Below, in pieces: positions 29,692 to 39,035 of a stretch of 64,000 bases of DNA. The notes under the pieces are model-generated. The model did not search any database. It was not told where the DNA came from and saw nothing but the letters and a program-made list of their open reading frames with translations. The translations under genes and the position numbers were made by a program. The stretch is taken from the NCBI GenBank assembly GCA_034432375.1, contig DAOUCA010000171.1:1-64000 (forward strand), written 5' to 3'. Positions within the stretch are counted from its first letter, which is position 1, and every line of letters begins with the position of its first letter. Origin of the DNA: Caldilineaceae bacterium (lineage in GTDB: Bacteria > Chloroflexota > Anaerolineae > Caldilineales > Caldilineaceae).

Positions 29692-30024
29692 TCAAAATGG
29701 CCTCTCAGCCACATCAAAGCCATCCATACTTTCAAAATCATCAAGCCATGCCGCTTTGGTAATACCAGTCTGCGGAAGGTTATCAAATACTTGGCCGTCT
29801 ACTTCAACGCCGTGGTGACATCCGTTTTGGGTGATACTCCTATGGCCACCCACCCTTGCGCTAATCATAAAATCACTACCCCGCGTCCGCAGTAGCAAAC
29901 GTGATCCACGAATACCCTGGCGCTTTAACCAACGCTCCATCTCGTCTGCACAAGCTTCACACTGAAAAACATCATACTTTGCTGCAATTGCAACCAGCGT
30001 ACTATAGATATCATTAACGGTCAT
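29692..30024 (-). CDS. Hypothetical 110-aa protein with a candidate papain-fold (Cys/His/Asp) toxin-like signature (FQCEAC ... GCHHGVEVDGQVFDNLPQTG)
   Basis: ATG at 30024 with the RBS AGGTAAAAG. A minus-strand TATAAT lies ~60 nt upstream. The family assignment is inference. Confidence 0.5.
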   Translation of the reverse strand: MTVNDIYSTLVAIAAKYDVFQCEACADEMERWLKRQGIRGSRLLLRTRGSDFMISARVGGHRSITQNGCHHGVEVDGQVFDNLPQTGITKAAWLDDFESMDGFDVAERPF

Positions 30025-30314
30025 GGAGAGCTTTTACCTGGGGTTAGGTTGTCGGTTTACTTATTGATATTATAGCACAACAGCGATCGTTCAGCACACC
30101 GTCAAAAGGTCGATGGTCGATGTATAAGGATCGTAAACTCGTTTGGCATCAATCGATTGGGCATCTAATCATAATACGCCACCACCACAGCCACGCCATC
30201 CGTTCAATCTGCTCCCCAAATCCGTAGACAGCCCCCATACCACTGGCAGGCTTTACGCCTGCCCATCAGAGTCAGAGTACCAGAGTGCAGTCTTCAGAGT
30301 AACAGAGCGCCGAG

Positions 30315-32078
30315 CTAAAGAACAGGGACGGAAAAAAGACCAACCACCACCCGAATCCCACCGTTGGCGTAACGAGAAGGATACCAATTGAAGCGGCGGA
30401 GCGCGGACGCATTGTACGAATCGAGGCTCCACGAACCGCCCCGCACGACGCGGCGGGCGTCCCCCTCCTCTTGGATCTTATCGGGGCTGTCGTACTCATT
30501 CAGACGCCACTCACACACGTTGCCGCTCAGATCTTCGATGCCAAAGGGCGAGAGATTGAACGGGTACATACCCACGGCACCTGTCTTTTGTAGGTAATGC
30601 GGACCTTCTGTTTGCCATGTTTCATCAATGTTGGCATATCCTGATGTATAGTCCGCGCCCCACGGATAGCGCCGCCCGGTTCCTGAGCCTGTCGAAGGAC
30701 CACGCTCCGCCTTTTCCCACTGCCATTCGGTCGGCAGGGTGATCCGCCAATCGGTGCGCCCTTGTAATTCCGACGGCAGCAACGATGGAGTTGCTTGTGC
30801 CTTGGCCGTTAACCAGCGACAGAAAGCAACTGCATCGTACCAACTGACCCGCTCGCGCGGATGGTTATAGAATTTAAACGCCTGATCACCTGGTCTGGCT
30901 TTGTCTGCTTCCGGTGCCGCCAATCCCTTCCACCACGCCGAATTGCGAAAGCCATCCCCATCATCGAGAAAGGGCTGAAACTGCCCATAGGTCACCGGAT
31001 AGCGAGCCATCCAGAAGGTTGGCTCGGTGCGGCGTTCGTCTTCTTGATAGATGAATTCGCGGCGGCCCTGTTCGTCAGTTTCAGAGATCGGCACCCAATC
31101 AATATCCGGCAGACCACTAGGACGGCAGCCAACGCCCTTACGGGTATCGTGCTCCAGGCGGCGGCCCAACAATTCACCGGCCAGGTTGCGCTCTGCCGGC
31201 GTAAAGTGGGTATCATCGGTCAGAACACGATGGGTGACGTTGATGAGTTCGTCATAGGCGTACCGGATGGAACGATTGCGGCGGTCGAAACGGTCCAGCG
31301 CAAAGAGATCGTGGCGCTGCGCCATCGTCAACGCCACCAACACCGCGGCCGTGTGCGCATCTTCTTCCATATAGGGGCGGCAGAGTTCGTCGAGCAGCGC
31401 CCACACCTCACCAGCTTCGCCCTGGCGGATTAACTCGTCCGATGCAAGCAGTGCCACATTGCGCCAGAGCGCCGGCTGTTCGAGCACACGATGGAGCAAG
31501 CCGTCGGGGAATTGGCGATCCGCGGCAACCGGCGGGATGCGCTTGGGGTCGCGACAGGTCAGTTCACAGGCGGCCAGGTGCTCTTGAAAGGAGCGGTGGC
31601 TGAAGTAGAAGTGGCCGCGTTGGGGCGAGATGAATAAGCCGGCACGGCGCTCCAGGTATTCGGCCACATCCTGTGCATTCAACTGCAGATTGGCATCCTC
31701 GATCTCATCCAACAGTCGGCTGGTGCGAAAGCGGGTCGTGTCTTCGCCTGGTTGGCGCTGTTCATGGACTGTACAGGCCAGCCGCTCCAAAATCGGGCGT
31801 AAGTGCGCCGGCGGGATCTGTAATTTTTCCGCCACAGAGAGATCCGGAGCCCGTTTGCGTGTCCACTTGTCAAGCAACAGATTGACGGCGCGGCGGTAGA
31901 GGTCGGCTTGGGTGGCGGGGAGTTGGAAGCGAGATGCGCCTTCCCGGAAGAGGGCGACGTGCTCTTCGCCTACGAGTGTGCTTGTGCCCTCTTCCTGGAA
32001 GGGCGGTTCCCCAAAGCAGGGCGCTGGGGGACTTGGTCTTCCAAGAAGGGGCGTTGACTTTTTTGGGATGAGAAACAT
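30315..32078 (-). CDS. FGE-sulfatase (SUMF1-like) domain protein whose N-terminal half resembles only the C-terminal (winged-helix) part of a NACHT NTPase (FSHRSFQEHLAA). It lacks a P-loop and is probably a 5'-truncated NACHT-FGE gene.
   Basis: FGE motifs are RVSWYDAVAFCRWL, YPWG, GNVCEW and RVVRGGSW. Start at the ATG at 32078 with the RBS GGAAGGGG. The ORF track reads a further 33 codons upstream, overlapping the next gene. Confidence 0.65.
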   Translation of the reverse strand: MFLIPKKSTPLLGRPSPPAPCFGEPPFQEEGTSTLVGEEHVALFREGASRFQLPATQADLYRRAVNLLLDKWTRKRAPDLSVAEKLQIPPAHLRPILERLACTVHEQRQPGEDTTRFRTSRLLDEIEDANLQLNAQDVAEYLERRAGLFISPQRGHFYFSHRSFQEHLAACELTCRDPKRIPPVAADRQFPDGLLHRVLEQPALWRNVALLASDELIRQGEAGEVWALLDELCRPYMEEDAHTAAVLVALTMAQRHDLFALDRFDRRNRSIRYAYDELINVTHRVLTDDTHFTPAERNLAGELLGRRLEHDTRKGVGCRPSGLPDIDWVPISETDEQGRREFIYQEDERRTEPTFWMARYPVTYGQFQPFLDDGDGFRNSAWWKGLAAPEADKARPGDQAFKFYNHPRERVSWYDAVAFCRWLTAKAQATPSLLPSELQGRTDWRITLPTEWQWEKAERGPSTGSGTGRRYPWGADYTSGYANIDETWQTEGPHYLQKTGAVGMYPFNLSPFGIEDLSGNVCEWRLNEYDSPDKIQEEGDARRVVRGGSWSLDSYNASALRRFNWYPSRYANGGIRVVVGLFSVPVL

Positions 32079-32112
32079 CGGTTGCCCCTTCCGGGAAGGG
32101 TGGTAGCTGGCC

Positions 32113-33210
32113 TCACGCGGCGTATTTGCGCACGGCATCATGGTTGAGTCGCACACCCAGGCCAGGCTTGTCGGCAAGGAGAATATCCCCTTGTTCCAGG
32201 CGGATCGGTTCGTCGAGCAGATCGTCGATCCAGTCGACGTCGCCCAGTTGATATTCGAGGATCATGAAATTAGCAGTCGCCGCGCAGACATGGGCCGAGG
32301 CGATGGTGCAGACAGGGCCGACCATGTTGTGCGGTGCGATCGGCACGCGATAGGTCTCGGCCGCGGCGGCGATGCGCTTCAATTCCATGATACCACCGGT
32401 GCGCGCCAGGTCGGGCATGATGATATCGGCGGCCTGGCTTTCGAGCAGTTCGCGGAAGGCAAAGCGGGTTTCGAGCAGCTCGCCGGTGCAGATCGGCGTG
32501 GCCGATTCAAGGGCGACACGCGCCATTGTTTTGAGATTGTTCATGTTGACCGGGTCTTCGATCCAAAGCAGATCGTAGTCGCGCAAGACCTGATCGAGCC
32601 GGATCGCCGAAGGCAGGTCAAAGGCCCCATGCCCATCGATGCAGAGATCGACATCGACGCCAACCGCCTCACGCACCGAGCGCACCATCGCTTCGGTCAG
32701 CCGCAGATCGGCACTCGTCAGCACGCCGTTGATCGAGTGGCCGGAGGCGATCGGCTCATCGACATCCATCTTGAGCGCGGTCAGGCCGGACGCAACCGCT
32801 TCGACCGCTTTGGCCGCATACTCTTCCTCGACGTAATCGGCACCGCGGAAGAAGCCATCGGCATAGACGCGTACCCGTTCGTGGCAGAGGCCGCCGAGCA
32901 ATTGGTAGATGGGGGTGCCCAGGCTTTGACCGAGGATGTCCCAAAGCGCACTTTCGATGCCGCTAATCGCGGCCATGTTGACCCCTTTGCGCACGAGATC
33001 CTGCCAGATCGCCTCGATGCGCCGTGGGTCACTGCCAATGAGCGTTGCGCCCGCCTCGGCAATCGATTGGGCGACGCCACTCGACTTGTAGCCGAGCGCC
33101 TCGCCCAAGCCGGTGAGTCCTTCATCGGTCTCGACTTCGACAAAGAACATGGGGAAGCGCGGCCAGTGGCGGCCTTTGACGGGGTAGACGTTGACAGCGG
33201 TGATCTTCAT
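32113..33210 (-). CDS. Enolase-superfamily enzyme (mandelate racemase/muconate lactonizing family, likely a sugar-acid dehydratase)
   Basis: I trimmed the start to the ATG at 33210 (MKITAVNVYPVKG...), preceded by the RBS GAAAGGA. MR/MLE motifs: KMDVDEP..., metal ligands D...E...D (LCIDGHGA, LWIEDP). Confidence 0.8.
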   Translation of the reverse strand: MKITAVNVYPVKGRHWPRFPMFFVEVETDEGLTGLGEALGYKSSGVAQSIAEAGATLIGSDPRRIEAIWQDLVRKGVNMAAISGIESALWDILGQSLGTPIYQLLGGLCHERVRVYADGFFRGADYVEEEYAAKAVEAVASGLTALKMDVDEPIASGHSINGVLTSADLRLTEAMVRSVREAVGVDVDLCIDGHGAFDLPSAIRLDQVLRDYDLLWIEDPVNMNNLKTMARVALESATPICTGELLETRFAFRELLESQAADIIMPDLARTGGIMELKRIAAAAETYRVPIAPHNMVGPVCTIASAHVCAATANFMILEYQLGDVDWIDDLLDEPIRLEQGDILLADKPGLGVRLNHDAVRKYAA

Positions 33211-33261
33211 AGGAAGAGTCCTTTCTGAGTGGTGATTGGTGAATGATGGATTAAATTTCTG

Positions 33262-33449
33262 CCACAGAGGACACAGAGGACACAGAGAGCACAGAGATTT
33301 TTCTAAACCACTGTTGCGGGTTGCGTAAATTGTTCTGGGAAGGGAGAGAGAGAGATTTTCCTTGTACCGTTCTCGCAGCTGACACAATTCGCGCAGAGCA
33401 CCGCATCGCCGGAAAACGCTTTTCTCTGTGTCCTCTGTGCTCTCTGTGG
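33262..33449. repeat. Inverted pair of (CACAGAGR)n microrepeat blocks (33262-33296 and 33424-33449) that can form a ~25-bp stem around a ~125-nt loop, in the 5' leader of the dehydratase gene
   Basis: CCACAGAGGACACAGAGGACACAGAGAGCACAGAG versus CTCTGTGTCCTCTGTGCTCTCTGTGG. An (AG)n tract lies between them (AGGGAGAGAGAGAG). Confidence 0.6.
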
Positions 33450-33500
33450 TTTTGATTGCAGTGATTGTTTCACCCAAAAGCGCAACTCCTGCCACGAACC

Positions 33501-34529
33501 TTAACCGAGCATTTGCCGCAACGCCGCGATCAACCCAGGCTGTGGCGGATCGGCCAGGGAATAGCTGCGATGGTTGAGCGCGCTCATATAGGTTTTGAGG
33601 ACAATATTGAAGTCCTGCAATGCGGCGTCGAGATTGAGCGGATGGACCGCGGCCTCATCTTCGAGCCAATCAAACATGGCCTCGGTCATCGCGGCTTGGC
33701 CCAAGATATCTTCGGCAACGTAGTCATGATCACCCCGTTCCACCACACCATCTATGTTGGTCTCCCAGCCCCACATGCTCCACGCCACATGGCCACGGCT
33801 GCCATAGACGGCAACGCGCTTGTGGACATGGCTCCGTTCATCGCCGGGCAGGACAAAGGGTGCATTGGGGCCGCAGCGGAGCAGTGCACTCGCACCGTTG
33901 TCAAAGGTGATGGTGGTAAGCGTGGCATCGGGGGCAAAGTGCTGTTTGGGCGTTACAGCCAAGCCAGCCGCGCCGGCCACCTGCCCCAGGATCTGCATTG
34001 GCTTGGCGTGGGGCATAAAAGCGGCAATGGCTTGCAGGGTGTGCGTGCCCTGATAGGCCATATTCATGCGGGCGCTGGCATCGATGAAACGGATTTCGCC
34101 AATCGCACCCGCTTGCACCAGTCGTTGCAACTGGGCGCGCCGGGGCTGAAAGTGCAGTTGGTGATTAATCGCGATTTTGATTTTGGCGGTGCGGGCAAAG
34201 TCGCGGATCGCTAGATAATCCTCAGCCTCAATCGCCAGTGGCTTTTCGACAATCAGCGCAGGGATACCCGCTTCCTCGGCAGCCTGAAAAATCTCCAGCC
34301 GCACATTGGGTGGCGTATTAACGTGGACGAGATCGAGCTTTTCGCGGGCAAAGAGTTCGCGATAATCGGTGTAGCGGGTGACGACGCCAAATTGATTGCC
34401 AAAGGTGTCGAGCTTCTCCTGTTGCCGGGCAGCAATGGCAACTAACGCACCACGTTGCATCTGTTGATAGGCTTCGGCGTGGCCGCGTGCCCGTCCGCCG
34501 CTCACGCCGATAATGGCACAACGAATCAT
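33501..34529 (-). CDS. Gfo/Idh/MocA-family NAD(P)-dependent oxidoreductase
   Basis: The N-terminal Rossmann motif is IGVSGGRARGHAE, with EKPLA downstream. The RBS is TAGGAGC. Confidence 0.85.
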   Translation of the reverse strand: MIRCAIIGVSGGRARGHAEAYQQMQRGALVAIAARQQEKLDTFGNQFGVVTRYTDYRELFAREKLDLVHVNTPPNVRLEIFQAAEEAGIPALIVEKPLAIEAEDYLAIRDFARTAKIKIAINHQLHFQPRRAQLQRLVQAGAIGEIRFIDASARMNMAYQGTHTLQAIAAFMPHAKPMQILGQVAGAAGLAVTPKQHFAPDATLTTITFDNGASALLRCGPNAPFVLPGDERSHVHKRVAVYGSRGHVAWSMWGWETNIDGVVERGDHDYVAEDILGQAAMTEAMFDWLEDEAAVHPLNLDAALQDFNIVLKTYMSALNHRSYSLADPPQPGLIAALRQMLG

Positions 34530-34627
34530 GGGATTTTGCTCCTAGGTTGCATTTGGATGGGATGCTTGGCATTATAGCACAGAGGCAGGATGGGGTGTAG
34601 TTGAAAAATCATCAACCAAATTCACAC

Positions 34628-34656
34628 TTGACAACTCCTTGCAACCATGATATCTT
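34628..34656 (+). promoter_or_regulatory. Sigma70-like promoter: -35 TTGACA, 17-bp spacer, -10 TATCTT, at the head of the AT-rich aro leader
   Basis: Read directly. A second candidate, TGATATATA (an extended -10), lies ~60 nt downstream. Confidence 0.4.
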
Positions 34657-34790
34657 TTGCACGTTGCAATTAATAGTTTTTCCAATCACACTATTTTTTG
34701 ATATATACAACTTTACTGATGAACACAAACAGTCAACAGCAATTGCAATCTCATCTGCGTTTATCAACCGCCCGTTCTCAGGCTGGTTCA

Positions 34791-34910
34791 ATGCTGTTTG
34801 TGCAAAGCCCACGCGATCCACTGCGTGGGTTTTTCTATGCGAGCTACTTTTATTTTTATTTTACGAACTCCATGCCATTCCAAGCGGCGGGGTCGGTGAT
34901 GCCTGGGTAG
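34791..34910 (+). CDS. Candidate Phe/Tyr-rich leader peptide (39 aa: MLFVQSPRDPLRGFFYASYFYFYFTNSMPFQAAGSVMPG) of an attenuator controlling the aroH-pheA-DAHPS-tyrA operon
   Basis: Nine of eleven consecutive codons (34830-34862) are Phe/Tyr (TTT TTC TAT .. TAC TTT TAT TTT TAT TTT). A small hairpin CCCACGC/GCGTGGG plus UUUUU sits just 5' of them. An intrinsic terminator lies 27 nt after the stop. Confidence 0.5.
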   Translation: MLFVQSPRDPLRGFFYASYFYFYFTNSMPFQAAGSVMPG

Positions 34911-34936
34911 CTCCAGAATGCAGACTGAAACCACAA

Positions 34937-34971
34937 GAGCGGGGATGGCGCAAGCCCCCCGCTCTTTTTTT
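34937..34971 (+). terminator. Rho-independent terminator: 9-bp GC-rich stem AGAGCGGGG/CCCCGCTCT, ~12-nt loop, T7 tract
   Basis: Read directly. It is ~75 nt upstream of the aroH RBS. The segment AGCGGCGGGG (34883-34892) could alternatively pair with the 3' arm. Confidence 0.8.
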
Positions 34972-35060
34972 GTGCCAAATTTTGGGCGAGAGCTAACTGT
35001 CGGCGCAGCTTGTCAAAGCCGCAATTGGCCCTTGTCAACAACTGCTGGAGGGAGCAACTG

Positions 35061-35492
35061 ATGACGATATGCCGAGGAGTACGGGGCGCAACTACAGTGG
35101 AGCGGGATGACCGTGAACTGGTTTTGCGGGCAACGCGTGAATTGCTGGGATTTATGATTCGCCTGAATGGAATTCGGACAGAGGATGTGGCAAGCGCTAT
35201 CTTTACGACGACGCCCGATATCGTCTCCGTCTTTCCCGCAACCGCGGCACGGCAGTTGGGCTGGCTCGATGTGCCATTGATGTGTGCACACGAGATGCAA
35301 GTCCCCGGCAGTCTGGGCTGCTGTGTCCGTATTTTGTTGCATTGGAATACCGACAAACCGCAACACGAAATTCAGCATGTCTACTTGCATGATGCCCGCG
35401 CGTTGCGCCCGGATAAGACGATTGTGCTGTCGGAGCAAGATATGCAGGAGTTGGCGGCATGGATCGAGGAGCAGTTGGAGAAGCATAATTAG
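35061..35492 (+). CDS. aroH: Monofunctional chorismate mutase, AroH class
   Basis: I trimmed the start to the ATG at 35061 ([16 protein letters not shown], matching B. subtilis AroH MMIRGIRGATTVE), preceded by the RBS GGAGGGAG. The ORF track starts at a TTG at 35010. Confidence 0.85.
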   Translation: MTICRGVRGATTVERDDRELVLRATRELLGFMIRLNGIRTEDVASAIFTTTPDIVSVFPATAARQLGWLDVPLMCAHEMQVPGSLGCCVRILLHWNTDKPQHEIQHVYLHDARALRPDKTIVLSEQDMQELAAWIEEQLEKHN

Positions 35493-35526
35493 GACAAGAT
35501 GACAGGGTGAGCAGAAGGAGAATTCT

Positions 35527-36387
35527 ATGACGATAGTCGCGTTCCAAGGCGAACATGGTGCCTATTCAGAGGAAGCAGTGCGGCAGCATTTCGGTGCCAA
35601 TGTCGAGACGATGCCCTGCCATGCGTTTGAAAATATCTTTGATGCCGTGGAGCATGGCGAGGCCGATTTTGGGGCAGTCCCAGTTGAAAATTCAACGGCG
35701 GGCAGCATCAATAAAGCCTTTGATCTGCTGCTAGAACATGATCTGCGAGTCCATGGCGAAATTCTGCTGCGCGTGCGCCACTGCTTGTTAACCACCGCGG
35801 GCAACATAGGTAACATCAAAGAGGTGCGTAGCCATCCCCAAGCATTGGCGCAATGTGAGAGTTACATGAACCGCAACGGCTACACCGCTGTGCCCTGGTA
35901 TGACACGGCTGGCAGTGCTAAGGATTTGGCAGCCAAACCCGAGGAAGGAATTGCGGTGATTGCCAGCCGCCTTTCGGCAGAGACGTATGGCCTGGAGATT
36001 GTCGAAGCGGGCATCGAAGATATGCAGCAAAATTACACCCGCTTTTTTGTAGTAGGCAAGGGGGAGGCCGAAAAAGCTTCCCGATGCAAAACATCACTAG
36101 TCTTTGCGGTACCCAACACACCAGGTTCGCTCTATGGTGCGTTGGAAGAGTTTGCACGTCGGCGCATCAATCTCACCAAGATCGAGAGCCGCCCTCGGCG
36201 CAACCGGCCGTGGCAATATGTCTTCTATGTCGATTTTGATGGCCATTGGCAGGACAAAGAAGCCGGCGATGCGCTTGTCTATCTGCTCAACCGAGCTGCC
36301 TTTGTCAAGCTACTCGGCAGCTACCCGGCTGCGCCGCCAATGGAAAATGGCACGGCACAAGCGCAGGGTACGTTGTTGCAAATTTGA
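35527..36387 (+). CDS. pheA: Prephenate dehydratase with a C-terminal ACT domain
   Basis: PDT domain plus the ESRP motif ([10 protein letters not shown]). The RBS is AAGGAG. Confidence 0.9.
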   Translation: MTIVAFQGEHGAYSEEAVRQHFGANVETMPCHAFENIFDAVEHGEADFGAVPVENSTAGSINKAFDLLLEHDLRVHGEILLRVRHCLLTTAGNIGNIKEVRSHPQALAQCESYMNRNGYTAVPWYDTAGSAKDLAAKPEEGIAVIASRLSAETYGLEIVEAGIEDMQQNYTRFFVVGKGEAEKASRCKTSLVFAVPNTPGSLYGALEEFARRRINLTKIESRPRRNRPWQYVFYVDFDGHWQDKEAGDALVYLLNRAAFVKLLGSYPAAPPMENGTAQAQGTLLQI

Positions 36388-36593
36388 TGCGGTCCGTGAC
36401 GTAGTGCGTTTTTCGTGTACTGTCACTGCGCCAGAAACAGATAACCGAATGCTTTTGTAGGAGTAGCGCACATAGAACTTGATCCATAAAAAGGCGCGGA
36501 TTTGGCCACAGTTCACGCAACACGCATCACGCATCAAATGTTTCATTTATCAAAACAGATTACTCACTATCATACTATATCAAGGAGAAACTC

Positions 36594-37664
36594 ATGATCG
36601 TCGTAATGAAGCCGGGAACAACCCGTTTGGAAGTGGAAGCGGTGATGAAACGGGCGGAGCAGATGGGGGTCTCAACCCATCCGATCTATGGTGAAAGCCG
36701 CACAGTGGTGGCGCTGGTGGGCGACTTGACCCGTGTCTCGCGCGAAGTTTTTGACGAGATGAAGGGGGTGGCCCACACCATGCGCATTCAAGAGCCGAAC
36801 AAGTTGACCAACCGCACCACCCAACCAGAAGATTTGGTCATCGAGATTGCTGATGGCGTGCGTATTGGTGGCAATGAAGTGATTGTCATGGCCGGCCCTT
36901 GTAGTGTAGAAGATCGGGATAGCATTGTCGAGGTGGCGATTGCGGTCAAGCAAGCCGGCGCCAAAGTGTTACGGGGCGGGGCCTTCAAGCCGCGCACCAG
37001 CCCCTACGACTTCCAGGGGTTGGGCGAAGAAGGGTTGAAATACCTCGCCGAGGCGCGCGAGATCACCGGCCTGCCGATTATCACCGAAGTGATGACCGTC
37101 GAAACTGTGCCGCTGGTAGCCGAGTACTCAGACATTCTGCAGATTGGGGCACGCAACATGCAGAACTACGGTCTGCTCAATGCCGTCGGCAAGGTTGACA
37201 AGCCGGTTATGCTCAAGCGCGGCATCAGTGGCCTGATCAAGGAGTTGATCATGTGCGCCGAGTACATTGCCAGCAACGGCAACCATAAGATTATGCTCTG
37301 TGAGCGGGGCATTCGCACCTATGAGACGACGACCCGCAACACCTTCGACCTTAACGCGATTCCCGTGCTCAAGCAGTCGAGCAATCTACCAGTGGTCGCC
37401 GATCCCTCCCACGGCACGGGCTACCGTGAATTCGTCCCTGCCATGGCCAAGGCTGCCGTTGCCGCGGGGGCGGATGCACTGATTCTCGAAGTCCACCCCG
37501 ATCCGGAGAATGCACTCAGCGATGGTCGGCAGACGATCTCCACCGAAACCTTCGCTAAGTTGATGATGGATCTGCGGCGGATTGCCGAAGCAGTCGACCG
37601 CTTCATTGATGAGCCAGATGTACAAGATCTCGCCGATTTCGCCGAGTTGGAAGCAGTGGCGTAG
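36594..37664 (+). CDS. aroF: 3-deoxy-7-phosphoheptulonate (DAHP) synthase, class I-beta, with an N-terminal ferredoxin-like regulatory domain
   Basis: The KDSA/AroG core has GPCSVE and KPRTSPY motifs. The N-terminal ~70-aa regulatory domain starts MIVVMKPG. The RBS is AAGGAGA. Confidence 0.9.
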   Translation: MIVVMKPGTTRLEVEAVMKRAEQMGVSTHPIYGESRTVVALVGDLTRVSREVFDEMKGVAHTMRIQEPNKLTNRTTQPEDLVIEIADGVRIGGNEVIVMAGPCSVEDRDSIVEVAIAVKQAGAKVLRGGAFKPRTSPYDFQGLGEEGLKYLAEAREITGLPIITEVMTVETVPLVAEYSDILQIGARNMQNYGLLNAVGKVDKPVMLKRGISGLIKELIMCAEYIASNGNHKIMLCERGIRTYETTTRNTFDLNAIPVLKQSSNLPVVADPSHGTGYREFVPAMAKAAVAAGADALILEVHPDPENALSDGRQTISTETFAKLMMDLRRIAEAVDRFIDEPDVQDLADFAELEAVA

Positions 37665-37758
37665 GGGAGAAGTAGACAGGTAAATAGGTAGACACGTACT
37701 TGTTTCCCTGTTTCCCTATCTACCCGCCTACCAATGTTATTACACAAGGAGCAACCGA

Positions 37759-38775
37759 ATGATTATTGTCATGAAACAAGGGGCTGTACAGTCCCAAATT
37801 GAAGATGTCGTGAACCGTGTCGAAGAGTTGGGCAAAAAGGTTCACCTGAGCCGCGGAGAGGCGCGCACGATCATCGGCGTGATCGGGGCGGATGAGCATA
37901 TGATTAGCGATGCCAACTTTGAGGTGATGGATGGGGTGGAGCGCACGATGCGCGTGATGCAGCCCTATAAGCTGGCCAGCCGCGACTTCAGCCACGAAAA
38001 TACGGTGATTGATGTCAACGGCGTCAAAATTGCCGGTCAAAAAGTGGTCGTCATTGCCGGCCCATGTAGCGTCGAGAGCCGGGAGATGATCATTGAAACG
38101 GCACATATGGTGAAAGCAGGCGGCGCAGATATTCTACGCGGCGGGGCCTTCAAACCGCGCAGCAGCCCCTATAGCTTCCAGGGCTTGGGCGAAGAAGGAC
38201 TGAAATACCTGGCCGAAGCGCGCGAAGCGACCGGTTTGCCGATCATCACCGAAATTATGAGCGTCGATGAGATTGAACTGGTCGGGGAGTACACCGACAT
38301 CTTCCAGGTTGGCGCGCGCAACAATCAGAACTACTCGTTGCTCAAAGCACTGGGCAAGACGAACAAACCAGTCTTCCTCAAGCGGGGAACCAGCGGCACG
38401 ATTCAAGAATTGCTCATGGGTGCGGAGTACATCATGAGCGGCGGCAACATGCAGGTGATCGTCTGCGAGCGCGGGATTCGCACCTACGAGACGGCGACGC
38501 GCAACACCTTTGATATCAATGCGCTGCCGCTGCTCAAGGAACTGACCCACCTGCCCGTCTGCGCCGATCCAGCGCACGGCACGGGGATGGCCAATCTCGT
38601 CCCCGCCATTGCCAAAGCATCGGTCGCGGCTGGGGCCGATATGCTGATGCTCGAAGTCCACCCCGATCCTAAGCGCGCTTGGAGCGACGGTGCGCAGAGT
38701 TTGAACCCGGATGGGTTTGCGAAATTGGTGAAAGACCTGAAGCCCTTGGCCGCAGCAGTGGGCAGGGAGATTTGA
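37759..38775 (+). CDS. aroF: Second DAHP synthase paralogue (class I-beta with an N-terminal regulatory domain)
   Basis: Same architecture (MIIVMKQG..., GPCSVES, KPRSSPY). The RBS is AAGGAG. Confidence 0.9.
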   Translation: MIIVMKQGAVQSQIEDVVNRVEELGKKVHLSRGEARTIIGVIGADEHMISDANFEVMDGVERTMRVMQPYKLASRDFSHENTVIDVNGVKIAGQKVVVIAGPCSVESREMIIETAHMVKAGGADILRGGAFKPRSSPYSFQGLGEEGLKYLAEAREATGLPIITEIMSVDEIELVGEYTDIFQVGARNNQNYSLLKALGKTNKPVFLKRGTSGTIQELLMGAEYIMSGGNMQVIVCERGIRTYETATRNTFDINALPLLKELTHLPVCADPAHGTGMANLVPAIAKASVAAGADMLMLEVHPDPKRAWSDGAQSLNPDGFAKLVKDLKPLAAAVGREI

Positions 38776-38803
38776 CAAGATGAAGGGATGACCGGATGAC
38801 AAG

Positions 38804-38928
38804 ATGATACTGTTGGCCTTGCTTACGGAACACCTTACGCCCCACTGGGATACTGTCATTCCTGCGCAGGCAGGAATCCATTGTACAGGAGTGACATAGC
38901 CAGATTGTAAGGCAGTGCAACAGTATCA
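38804..38928. mobile_element. Degenerate MITE copy (left TIR TGATACTGTTGGCCTTGCTTAC, right end GTAAGGCAGTGCAACAGTATCA) enclosing a REP hairpin
   Basis: Its termini resemble those of the intact copies at 39036, 48608 and 55941. It is flanked by CAAGA/CCAGA. Confidence 0.45.
38855..38878. repeat. REP-like hairpin GTCATTCCTGCGCAGGCAGGAATC (single copy)
   Basis: Identical to the units at 26-49 and 60501-60524. Confidence 0.7.
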
Positions 38929-39035
38929 CCAGATGACTGGATGATCGGTTTATCGATGCTCTCGGTGACACCCGATACTTATAATCGTTTTAGGCGACCA
39001 AGTATTGGCAATCACGCGGTCACCCCTTCATCTTG

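Noticed and set aside
32140-33228. 362-aa plus-strand ORF
   Set aside because: It is antisense to the enolase-superfamily gene, which has clear family motifs.
34601-34996. 131-aa and 70-aa ORFs spanning the AT-rich leader
   Set aside because: They run through two intrinsic-terminator hairpins and have no RBS. Only the last 39 codons (34791-34910) are retained, as a candidate leader peptide.
36388-36593. Possible second leader or attenuator between pheA and DAHPS-1
   Set aside because: The spacer has CACGCA repeats but no aromatic-codon-rich mini-ORF and no clear terminator.
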